64,000 nt of DNA. Origin: a bacterium (GTDB lineage: Bacteria > Zhuqueibacterota > Zhuqueibacteria > Oceanimicrobiales > Oceanimicrobiaceae). Made by a program: the position numbers and the translations under genes. This document shows, piece by piece, positions 9,077 to 17,774 of the stretch. Under the pieces are notes generated by a model. It saw nothing but the letters and a program-made list of their open reading frames with translations. It searched no databases and was not told the origin of the DNA. The stretch is taken from positions 13,593 to 77,592 of the forward strand of contig JBHHXT010000002.1 in NCBI GenBank assembly GCA_046757165.1, in the 5' to 3' direction. Position 1 is the first letter of the stretch. Each line of letters starts with the position of its first letter.

Positions 9077-9933
9077 TTAGGCTTGCGGTTGTTGGAAACC
9101 CACTCTCTCATTCTTTGTCTCCGGTGCTGCACCAGCATCTTCTGGAGCAAATCGGCCTGGAGGGGAAGTATGAAAAACGGCAGGTAGAAGCGAACGCCCT
9201 GTTGCCGACCCTGCAGGAGATGAAGCACGAGGGGTACCTGGGCTTTAACGTGACCATCCCGTTCAAGCAAAGTATCCTGGTTCATCTTGACCAGGTCGAG
9301 GATGCGGCCAGACGGATCAACGCGGTCAACACGGTGCGGATTGCCGGGAAGATGTGCTCGGGAATCAACACGGATGCCAGCGGCTTTGTGCGAGCGTTGG
9401 AGTACCGGGGCGTAGAAATCGAGCAGGCGTCGGCTGTGGTTCTCGGGGCTGGCGGTGCGGCGCGCGCGGTCGTCTTTAGCCTGATACACAATGGGATTGC
9501 CGAGCTGACGCTGCTCAGTCGCACACTCAGCACCGCCAGCGCCCTGGTTCACGAGGTGCAGCAGCGTTTGGAATTTGACGCCATTCAGGTAAAGGCGTGG
9601 GCCGACGCCGAAATAAGCCGGCAGGCACGGTCCAGCCAGATCCTCATCAACACGACTCCGGTTGGCATGTGGCCCCATGTTGACAGCTCTCCCTTTGCCT
9701 TTGACTTTGATGCACGGGGGTTGACGGTTGTGGATCTGGTTTACAATCCACTGACGACTCGCTTCCTGCAAGCTGCCCGGGCCGCAGGCGCCAGGACGGT
9801 GGACGGACTTGACATGTTTATTTTTCAGGGTGTCGAGGCGTTGCAATTCTGGCTGCAAGAAATTTTGGATTTTGATTATCGTGAGTTGCGCACTTTTTTG
9901 ATCGAAAAATTGGCGGCCTATGGCAAGCGTTAG
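9073..9933 (+). CDS. aroE: Shikimate dehydrogenase
   Basis: VVGNPLSHSLSP, NVTIPFK and GAGGAARAV motifs. Confidence 0.9.
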   Translation: MIRLAVVGNPLSHSLSPVLHQHLLEQIGLEGKYEKRQVEANALLPTLQEMKHEGYLGFNVTIPFKQSILVHLDQVEDAARRINAVNTVRIAGKMCSGINTDASGFVRALEYRGVEIEQASAVVLGAGGAARAVVFSLIHNGIAELTLLSRTLSTASALVHEVQQRLEFDAIQVKAWADAEISRQARSSQILINTTPVGMWPHVDSSPFAFDFDARGLTVVDLVYNPLTTRFLQAARAAGARTVDGLDMFIFQGVEALQFWLQEILDFDYRELRTFLIEKLAAYGKR

Positions 9934-11113
9934 ATTTCTGACAAGCGGTGAATCGCACGGGCAGGCGTTGCTTGCGATTGTCGAAGGCATTCCTGCTGGT
10001 TTGCCCCTGAGCGAGGAGGACATTTTCACAGATCTTCATCGCCGGCAGATGGGGCACGGCCGTGGCGGGCGTATGAAAATAGAGCAAGACCGGGCCAGGA
10101 TTCTCTCGGGTGTGCGTTTTGGCAAGACGCTCGGAAGTCCTGTCGCCATGCTCATCGAGAACAAAGACTGGCAGAATTGGCAGACCAAGATGTCGGTCGA
10201 GGAAATCGACGAGGGCGTGAAGCCTGTTGTCGTGCCGCGGCCTGGCCATGCAGACTACGCTGGCGCGGTGAAATATGGTCACCAGGACATTCGCAACGTT
10301 TTGGAGCGTGCAAGTGCACGCGAGACAGCCATGCGCGTGGCGGCAGGCGCGGTCGCAAAAAAGCTTTTGCAGGCGTTCGCCATCCAAATCGTCAGCCATG
10401 TTGTACAAATCTACTCGGCCCGCCACCCCTTTTCGGTGGCAAGTCTGGGGCGGGAGGTTGATTTGGCGTTTGAACTCGAACAAATCAGCGAGCTGGCCGA
10501 CCAGTCGAGTGTGCGCTGTCTGGACGAGAGCGTGGCGCGCGAGATGGTGGCACAAATCGAGACGGCGAAACAAAATCGCGATACCGTTGGGGGCGTATTC
10601 GAGGTTGTGGCCTTGAACCTTCCCGTCGGTCTGGGAAGCCATACGCAGTGGGACCGCAAACTGGACGCGCGCATCGCCGGAGCGATGATGAGTATCCCGG
10701 CGATGAAGGGCGTGGAGATCGGCCTCGGCTTTGAGGCGGCTGCCAGATGGGGTGCTGAGGTACACGACCCGATCTACTACGACGCCACCAGCGCCGCGTA
10801 CTATCGCTCCCGCAACCATGCCGGCGGGCTGGAAGGCGGCATCACAAACGGCATGCCCCTGGTCGTGCGGGTTGCGATGAAGCCGATCTCCACCCTGATG
10901 AAGCCGCTGGACTCGGTCAACATGCAAACGAAAAAGAAGACCGCCGCCCACATCGAGCGCAGCGATATCTGTGCAGTGCCCGCCGCCTCGGTCATCGGTG
11001 AGTCCATTCTTGCCCTCGTGCTGGCGGATGCGTTTCTGGAAAAATTTGGCGGAGATTCCCTGGCGGAGATCTCTGAGCGATATGAATCCTGGCAGCAAGC
11101 CGCAGGCAAATAA
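9920..11113 (+). CDS. aroC: Chorismate synthase
   Basis: FLTSGESHG, RPGHADY and GGVFEVVALNLPVGLGS. Full length. Confidence 0.93.
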   Translation: MASVRFLTSGESHGQALLAIVEGIPAGLPLSEEDIFTDLHRRQMGHGRGGRMKIEQDRARILSGVRFGKTLGSPVAMLIENKDWQNWQTKMSVEEIDEGVKPVVVPRPGHADYAGAVKYGHQDIRNVLERASARETAMRVAAGAVAKKLLQAFAIQIVSHVVQIYSARHPFSVASLGREVDLAFELEQISELADQSSVRCLDESVAREMVAQIETAKQNRDTVGGVFEVVALNLPVGLGSHTQWDRKLDARIAGAMMSIPAMKGVEIGLGFEAAARWGAEVHDPIYYDATSAAYYRSRNHAGGLEGGITNGMPLVVRVAMKPISTLMKPLDSVNMQTKKKTAAHIERSDICAVPAASVIGESILALVLADAFLEKFGGDSLAEISERYESWQQAAGK

Positions 11114-11627
11114 AGGCAACATTTATCTGGTCGGCTTCATGGGAGCCGGCAAAACCACCGTTGGCAGGTTGCTGGCGCGAAAGCTCGACCGCCCGTTTTT
11201 CGATCTGGACGCACTGATCGAAGCCTCCGCAAAGCTGTCTATTCGCGATATATTTAGAACCAAAGGGGAGTCACACTTCAGAGCGCTCGAGTCGCAAATC
11301 CTGGTTGAGGTCGCAGAAAGCGAACAGGCCGTAGTGGCCACCGGTGGGGGCGTGGTGATGTCGCGGGGCAATCGGCACGTCATGCAAACGACCGGATTCA
11401 CGGTGTATCTCAACTGGCCGTGCGCCGTGCTGATTGCGAGAATCATGAATGATTCCCGCCGACCGCTGGTTGTGAACATGGCCAAATCGACGCGCGCAAG
11501 CCAGCTCGAGGAGTTGTTGGGACAAAGAAAACCCTACTATGAGATGTCCGCTTGCCGGATTGACTGTCGACCCGGGATGAGTGCCGGGGACATCGTCAAT
11601 CGCATCTTAGCGGTTGTGTTGGCATAA
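11082..11627 (+). CDS. aroK: Shikimate kinase
   Basis: An in-frame ATG at 11082 gives MNPGS..NIYLVGFMGAGKTTVGRLLA, which contains the Walker A motif. The ORF-track start at 10971 lies inside aroC. Confidence 0.85.
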   Translation: MNPGSKPQANKGNIYLVGFMGAGKTTVGRLLARKLDRPFFDLDALIEASAKLSIRDIFRTKGESHFRALESQILVEVAESEQAVVATGGGVVMSRGNRHVMQTTGFTVYLNWPCAVLIARIMNDSRRPLVVNMAKSTRASQLEELLGQRKPYYEMSACRIDCRPGMSAGDIVNRILAVVLA

Positions 11628-11668
11628 CTGTGACTTCAAAGACGGTCAGACCTGATCCAACACGGTCT

Positions 11669-11695
11669 GCGACCGTGTTTTGAAAACACATGGGC
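11669..11695 (+). terminator. Rho-independent terminator after aroK (AACACGGTC-tgc-GACCGTGTT then TTTGAAAACA)
   Basis: A perfect 9-bp stem followed by a T-run, seen in the sequence. Confidence 0.6.
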
Positions 11696-11909
11696 CAAAC
11701 TCGGAAAGAGCCATGTCTTATCGCGAGGGTCACGAAGACAGGAACGAGTTCTTCGAAATGACGTTTTGTGTGCTATCGTAATCTCTTTAAGTTCAACTGC
11801 TTGAACCAATGAAACAAACAACAGGTATCTGGCTTTCTCTTCGCGTTCTTTGCGACTTCGCGGTGAATGAATTATTCAGGTTAGCCAAAACAGCAACGCG
11901 CGATCGCTT

Positions 11910-12770
11910 ATGAAGAAAATTATCGTTTTGCATGGCCCCAATTTGAATCTCCTCGGGGAACGCGAGCCCGAAATCTACGGTCAGATGACCCTGGACGAGG
12001 TCAATTCTGAAATCAAAACAGTTGCCCACGACCTGGGCCTGGAAGTGAAATGTTTTCAATCAAACTCGGAAGGCGCCCTGATTGATTTTCTGCATGACCA
12101 TCGCCGCTGGGCAGATGGCGCCGTGATCAATCCAGGCGCCCTGACGCACTACAGTTATGCCCTGCGCGACGCCATCGCCTCGGTCAATATGCCAACGGTT
12201 GAGGTGCATCTTTCCAACATTCATGAGCGGGAAGCGTTTAGAAAACATTCGGTCGTGCGTGATGTCTGTGTGGAGCAGATCGTGGGATTGGGCCCTCGAG
12301 GCTATCTGCGCGCGTTGGAGCACCTCGTCGGCCGTTTCGTTTTGTCACAGTTAGACGAGATTTGTGCAAACGCCTCTGATCGCGATGCGGCGCTCCGGCA
12401 AGCAGTGCAGCTCCTCAAGGCAAGCGTTCCCAAGTACACCTGGGTTGGCATCTATCTCGTGGAAGGAGATGAGCTGGTCTTGCACAACTATATCGGCCGG
12501 CCGACCCCGCACGAAAGAATTCCGGTTGGCAAAGGGATTTGTGGTGCCGCCGTTGCCCAACAAGCCTCGGTTATCGTAGCCGACGTGAGCGCCGACCAGC
12601 GCTATTTAGCGTGCAGCCTCGAAACGCAATCTGAAATTGTGGTCCCGGTCTTTGCCGGGGAGCGTGTGGTAGCGGAAATAGACATCGATAGTGACTTCAA
12701 AGATAGTTTCAGCGACAGCGACAAAGAGCTGATCGAGGGCTGCGCAGACATTTTGGGGCGGTTATTCTGA
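11910..12770 (+). CDS. aroQ: Fusion protein: type II 3-dehydroquinate dehydratase (N-terminal) plus a GAF domain resembling free methionine-(R)-sulfoxide reductase (C-terminal)
   Basis: The N-terminal ~145 aa carry IVLHGPNLNLLGEREPEIYG, INPGALTHYS and VEVHLSNIHEREAFR. The C-terminal ~140 aa carry WVGIYL, GKGICGAA and CSLETQSEIVVPV, the hallmarks of fRMsr-type GAF domains. Confidence 0.8.
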   Translation: MKKIIVLHGPNLNLLGEREPEIYGQMTLDEVNSEIKTVAHDLGLEVKCFQSNSEGALIDFLHDHRRWADGAVINPGALTHYSYALRDAIASVNMPTVEVHLSNIHEREAFRKHSVVRDVCVEQIVGLGPRGYLRALEHLVGRFVLSQLDEICANASDRDAALRQAVQLLKASVPKYTWVGIYLVEGDELVLHNYIGRPTPHERIPVGKGICGAAVAQQASVIVADVSADQRYLACSLETQSEIVVPVFAGERVVAEIDIDSDFKDSFSDSDKELIEGCADILGRLF

Positions 12771-12806
12771 GCGTTTCGGTCTGACAGAATTACGCACCGG
12801 GCGCTC

Positions 12807-12910
12807 CTGTGTCAGAAGAATTGCCTTGTTGCGTCATCCACCATCTACGACCTGCAAGCACGACCTCCATAAGTTCCATAAAATCAAGACGAAGGTTTCT
12901 TCTGACACAG
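12807..12910. promoter_or_regulatory. Perfect 15-bp inverted repeat (CCTGTGTCAGAAGAA / TTCTTCTGACACAGG) separated by ~73 nt, lying ~80 nt upstream of lon
   Basis: Read directly from the sequence. It does not match the CIRCE or HAIR heat-shock operator consensus. Confidence 0.4.
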
Positions 12911-12987
12911 GTGGAATAAAAGTTGCTTTTGTCCCCATAAGTTTTTATTTTTTGACGAAATGACAGAACATAAAAAGGCCTGAGACC

Positions 12988-15417
12988 ATGTACCACGACC
13001 CTATACACAAGCTCGAAACGGAAGATAGTGTCGAGCCGCCAGTGGAGAAAAACGGCGCCAGCGATGAAACCGAACAGCGACCGGTTGATTTCACCATCCC
13101 GCAAGTTTTGCCGGTCCTTCCGTTGAGAAACACGGTTGTTTTTCCGCAGCAAATCATTCCGATTTCCGTTGGCCGGGAGAAATCGGTCAAGCTCATCGAA
13201 GAAGCCCTGGCAGAGAGTAAGCTCATCACCCTGGTTGCCCAGAGGGATGGCAAAGTTGAAAATCCGCAGCCAGATGATTTGTTCCGCTGGGGCACCATCG
13301 GATCCATCATGAAGGTGTTCAAAATGCCTGACGGCACGCAAAGTGTCATGGTGCAGGGACTGAGCCGGGCAAGAATTATCAATTTCACTCGCATTGAGCC
13401 TTTTTTCAAGGGGCTGGTTCAGCCAGAGAAAGAGACCGTGACAGAAGGAGTCGATGTCGATGCGCTGCTCGGCAATGTCCGCACCTTGTTTGAAAAAATC
13501 GTCAGCCTGGCGCCGTATTTGACGCCGGAGCACGTCATGCTTGTCGCGAACACGGACTCTCCCGGTCGGCTTGCCGACTTGATTGTGTGGAATCTAAACA
13601 TCGCCACCGTTGAAAAACAGGCCATTCTCGAGCTCGTGGATATCAAAGGAAGGTTGGAGAAGCTCAACTATATCTTGACGAAGGAATTGCAAATACTCGA
13701 GCTGGGAAGCAAGATACAGTCGGAGGTGCAGGGCGAGATCAACAAGACGCAGCGCGAATACTATTTGCGCGAACAGCTCAAGGCGATCCAGAAAGAGCTG
13801 GGTGAGGGCGAAGATGAGCGCACCATGGAGATCAACGAGCTGCGGCAAAAGATCAAAGAAGCCAAAATGCCGAAGGAAGTGAGTGAAGTGGCTTTCAAGG
13901 AGCTGGACCGTCTGTCCAAAATGCCGCCCGCGGCGGCTGAATACACGGTTGCCAGAACCTATCTGGACTGGCTCATCGAGCTGCCCTGGAATGTCAGTAC
14001 ACAGGACAATCTCGATGTTGCCGCAGCCAGGAGCGTGCTCGACCAGGACCACTATGACCTCGAGAAGGTCAAGAACAGAATTCTCGAATACCTGGCCGTA
14101 AGACAACTGAAAAAAGACATGAAAGGGCCGATTTTGTGCTTTGTCGGCCCACCAGGAGTCGGGAAGACTTCGTTGGGCAAATCGATTGCGCGGGCACTGG
14201 GGCGGAAGTTTATGCGAATGTCTCTCGGAGGCATGCGCGACGAGGCGGAAATACGCGGACACCGCAGGACGTACATCGGCGCTTTGCCGGGCCGTATCGT
14301 TCAGGGGCTGAAGAAGGTCGGCTCGAACAACCCCGTGTTTATGCTGGATGAGATCGACAAAGTTGGCCAGGATTTTCGTGGCGATCCCTCGTCCGCCTTG
14401 CTCGAGGTTCTGGATCCGGAGCAGAATTTCGATTTTTCCGACCATTACCTCGAGGTGGCGTTTGACCTTTCGAAAGTAATGTTCATCGCCACGGCGAATC
14501 TCGCCGATCCAATCATCCCGGCGTTGAGGGATCGCATGGAGATTATCGAGCTGCCCGGCTACACGGAACAGGAGAAACTCAACATCGCAAAAACCTATTT
14601 GATTCCGAAGCAGCGGGATGAGCATGGCCTGCAAGAGTCGCTCATACAATTCGAGGATGAGGCTATCAAAACCATCATTCACTCCTACACAAAAGAAGCC
14701 GGTGTTCGCAACCTGGAGCGGGAAATCGCTTCGGTTTGCCGCGGTGTGGCGCGGGACGTCGTCGAGGGGGAAACCGACAGCAAGACCATCACTGCAGATG
14801 GGTTGAAACGCTACCTGGGGGCGATCAAATTCTTTTCCGAGGTGGCGGAGCGCACCTCCAGGTCCGGCGTGGCCACCGGGCTGGCCTGGACACCGGCCGG
14901 CGGTGACATCCTTTTCGTTGAGGCGACCAAAATGCCGGGTACCGGACAGCTCATCTTGACCGGCTCGTTGGGCGACGTCATGAAGGAATCTGCCAGGGCC
15001 GCTTTGAGCTACATTCGCTCGAAGGCCAGCGATTTGAATATCTCAAATGAGCTGTTCAAGAAGTTCGACATTCACATTCATGTCCCCGCCGGAGCGATTC
15101 CAAAAGATGGTCCCTCTGCCGGGATTACGCTTTTCACGGCACTCCTGTCGCTGCTGACCAATCGCCAGGTAAAGAACGACATGGCGATGACCGGGGAGAT
15201 CACGCTCAGAGGGCTGGTCCTGCCGGTGGGCGGCATAAAGGAAAAGGTGCTGGCGGCGCACAGGGCGGGCATCAAGAAGGTCTTGCTGCCCGAGAAGAAC
15301 AAAACGGACTATGAAGACATCCCGGAATCCATCCGCGACGAACTCGAGATCGTTTTCGTTAGTGAGGTCGAAGGCGTCATTCAAATGGCTCTCAAGGAAT
15401 TGTCTCAACAGAAGTAA
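12988..15417 (+). CDS. lon: ATP-dependent Lon protease
   Basis: A LON N-terminal domain, the AAA+ module (GPPGVGKTSLGKSIA) and a protease domain with PKDGPSAGI (catalytic Ser). Confidence 0.95.
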   Translation: MYHDPIHKLETEDSVEPPVEKNGASDETEQRPVDFTIPQVLPVLPLRNTVVFPQQIIPISVGREKSVKLIEEALAESKLITLVAQRDGKVENPQPDDLFRWGTIGSIMKVFKMPDGTQSVMVQGLSRARIINFTRIEPFFKGLVQPEKETVTEGVDVDALLGNVRTLFEKIVSLAPYLTPEHVMLVANTDSPGRLADLIVWNLNIATVEKQAILELVDIKGRLEKLNYILTKELQILELGSKIQSEVQGEINKTQREYYLREQLKAIQKELGEGEDERTMEINELRQKIKEAKMPKEVSEVAFKELDRLSKMPPAAAEYTVARTYLDWLIELPWNVSTQDNLDVAAARSVLDQDHYDLEKVKNRILEYLAVRQLKKDMKGPILCFVGPPGVGKTSLGKSIARALGRKFMRMSLGGMRDEAEIRGHRRTYIGALPGRIVQGLKKVGSNNPVFMLDEIDKVGQDFRGDPSSALLEVLDPEQNFDFSDHYLEVAFDLSKVMFIATANLADPIIPALRDRMEIIELPGYTEQEKLNIAKTYLIPKQRDEHGLQESLIQFEDEAIKTIIHSYTKEAGVRNLEREIASVCRGVARDVVEGETDSKTITADGLKRYLGAIKFFSEVAERTSRSGVATGLAWTPAGGDILFVEATKMPGTGQLILTGSLGDVMKESARAALSYIRSKASDLNISNELFKKFDIHIHVPAGAIPKDGPSAGITLFTALLSLLTNRQVKNDMAMTGEITLRGLVLPVGGIKEKVLAAHRAGIKKVLLPEKNKTDYEDIPESIRDELEIVFVSEVEGVIQMALKELSQQK

Positions 15418-15544
15418 GCTGCATCAAGAAAATACACTTTTTGAAGAGGATGAAGCGTCAGGCAGGGGGAACGAAAGGAGCATAATAATCAATAAAACAA
15501 GTGGTTAGAGAATTATCAAGGACTACGGCTGGCTGGCACAGAGT

Positions 15545-16132
15545 TTGAATGACTCTGAGTCTCAAAAGTTAATTTTTTTTAAAGAGCGGCTACGAGGGGT
15601 CCTTGATATGAAAGAACTGCTATACTTTTCCACTTCCGATCTAATGATCCAAGTCTCTTACAAAAAGGACTTGAATTCCATCCATTATTTCTCCCACCGA
15701 GAGCTCTCCTTCGGCGAGCGGGTTGTTGTTGAACAATATCTGCTCACCAACGTTGCGGTCAAGACAGAGTACTATAAAAAACATCCCGCTATGCTCAACT
15801 ACATTGGCGTCAATAGCAAGCTGGTCAAGGACTTGAATCAGTTTCATCTCAAGAGTACCATGGACAATTTGAAGGAAAAAGAGCAAAAAGTCGACGACTC
15901 GGTCAAGCATCTCATCTCTGAATCCATGGCCAATTACTACTTTGAGCAGATTGGCAATACCATCCTGGAAATCAGGCAGATCGTCAAGGATGCTGACGAG
16001 ATAGACTCGTTGCTTCAAGCCGGCAAGAAACTGCACGAACTCTTACAGGCATACAACGTGCACTCGGGAAAAAGGATCACCCTTGACCAGATCTTGCCGT
16101 GTGATCTGCAATCTTATTTCAAACAAGCATAG
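15545..16132 (+). CDS. Hypothetical protein (195 aa) in a low-GC islet
   Basis: An ORF with a sensible length and about 44% GC against ~58% in the flanks. No recognisable motif. Confidence 0.45.
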   Translation: MNDSESQKLIFFKERLRGVLDMKELLYFSTSDLMIQVSYKKDLNSIHYFSHRELSFGERVVVEQYLLTNVAVKTEYYKKHPAMLNYIGVNSKLVKDLNQFHLKSTMDNLKEKEQKVDDSVKHLISESMANYYFEQIGNTILEIRQIVKDADEIDSLLQAGKKLHELLQAYNVHSGKRITLDQILPCDLQSYFKQA

Positions 16133-16168
16133 AAACAGCCTGATTTATTATTTGTAGGAGTAACATCA

Positions 16169-17443
16169 ATGAACAGAATGATTATTACAATCGCAATTGC
16201 TTTGCTCAGCATGGCCCATAGCGCGCTCTTTGCGCAGGCAGGAGCAAGCAAGATCGGTATCGGATTGAACGTTGGCGGACAGCGTATCTTTGGCGACCGT
16301 CCGGAGGAGTTGTTCGGAGTCGGCGGCGAAGGGGTCATCTCATACCGTATCTTACCCTTCGCGGACCTGGCCCTGGCGCTGGGCTACAGCCAGCTCAAGT
16401 ACAACTTTGTCCCCGGTACCGGAACAAGCACGACTGACCTGATCAATGCAGACTTGAAAGCAAACCTGGAAATCATGTCTTCAGGCCTTTTTCGGCCTTT
16501 CGTTACGCTCGGCCTGGGCATCGCCAATTATAAAATGAGAAGCTCCACCTCTGGACGCGTGAACGATGGCGTGTTTTTTGGCGGCGGGGGCTTTAGATTA
16601 TTTATGAATCCAATCTTTGATTTGTATGCAAGCGCAGATTACCGCTTTACCACCGGGGATACCTTTGATAGCAACACGAAGGAAGGTACGGCCAACGATG
16701 GATATTTGAGCATCCGTACCGGGATGACTTATTATCTCGGCGGCGGCCGCAGGAAGGAACCGCAAGTGATTGCAGACGAACGGGCCCCCTTCATTGAACT
16801 GCAAGAAGACCCGTACGCCGAGGATTCTTACTCCCAGGAGGACCCGTACTCCCCAAATGAGACCCGGCCGTCAAGCTCTCGTGAGACAAAAAATATGGAA
16901 GAGTATGTAAGATTGAAATCCCGCGTGGACCAGCTCGTCGGCAACGTGGATTCAAGGGAAAAGGAGATCACAGACTTGAACAGAGAGCTGCGCAACCGTA
17001 AAGGCCAGCTTTCCACCTTGCAGAATGAGGCGACAAGAAAACCACCCAGGCAGATTCGCAGTCGGTCGTCGATGTCAGGCTTTGCTGACATTTATCAAGA
17101 AGCGTTGACCAATTTGTACAATAAGAGTTATTCTGAGGCGATTTCGCTTTTCAGGCTGCTGTTGCAGCAGTACGCGCATCACAGTCTCGCTGGCAACTGC
17201 CAGTTCTGGATAGGCAAGAGTTACTATGCCATGAACCGGTACACTGAGGCGGTCGACGAGTTCTACAAGGTACTCAGTTTTGAACGCTCGTTGAAAAAGG
17301 ACGACGCCTTGTTCTATTTAGGCAGAGCCTATCTCAAGTTGGGGTCGGGGGACCAGGCCCGCGAAACATTCACGCGTTTAATGCGAGATTATCCGACGAG
17401 TGAATTCGTTGAGCAAGCCAGAACCCATATGACAAGACCGTAA
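16169..17443 (+). CDS. Outer-membrane beta-barrel domain fused to a coiled coil and a CpoB/YbgF-like TPR domain
   Basis: Signal peptide (IAIALLSMAHSALFAQA). The first ~190 aa are Gly/aromatic-rich with alternating beta-strand patterns and terminal F/Y residues. A coiled coil (VRLKSRVDQLVGNVDSREKEITDLNRELRNRKGQLSTLQNE) and a C-terminal TPR domain resembling Tol-Pal CpoB follow. Confidence 0.6.
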   Translation: MNRMIITIAIALLSMAHSALFAQAGASKIGIGLNVGGQRIFGDRPEELFGVGGEGVISYRILPFADLALALGYSQLKYNFVPGTGTSTTDLINADLKANLEIMSSGLFRPFVTLGLGIANYKMRSSTSGRVNDGVFFGGGGFRLFMNPIFDLYASADYRFTTGDTFDSNTKEGTANDGYLSIRTGMTYYLGGGRRKEPQVIADERAPFIELQEDPYAEDSYSQEDPYSPNETRPSSSRETKNMEEYVRLKSRVDQLVGNVDSREKEITDLNRELRNRKGQLSTLQNEATRKPPRQIRSRSSMSGFADIYQEALTNLYNKSYSEAISLFRLLLQQYAHHSLAGNCQFWIGKSYYAMNRYTEAVDEFYKVLSFERSLKKDDALFYLGRAYLKLGSGDQARETFTRLMRDYPTSEFVEQARTHMTRP

Positions 17444-17774
17444 GCTTCAATACCCCCATCCTCATGCGTGGATAGGGTAGAGGACCAGGTGTCGAGACGT
17501 CTGGCCGAAAAGTCCTATCAGCTCGGCGAATGCCGGGGTCTCCTCGAGTGATGTACCTGGCGAGGAGATTCCGGCACCGGGCAGGAATGGCCTGCACGCC
17601 ACTCTTCACCAGACTTTGATAGAGGCGTTCGAACCATCTCCCCCTAGGAGTCAAAGCTCTGCCGTAGTTTGGTGATCTACCTTATTTGTCTTGATTTTTA
17701 CAATTACTTTTAATAAAATTAATAGATATTAACTTTCAACTGTCCTCTTCTTACTTCAGAATCGGAGTCTGCCA

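Noticed and set aside
17444-17774. A 330-bp gap searched for tRNA, SRP or other ncRNA
   Set aside because: I could find no cloverleaf and no SRP, RNase P or tmRNA consensus blocks by eye. The distal part is simply an AT-rich promoter-like region for the REC-PAS-GAF gene.
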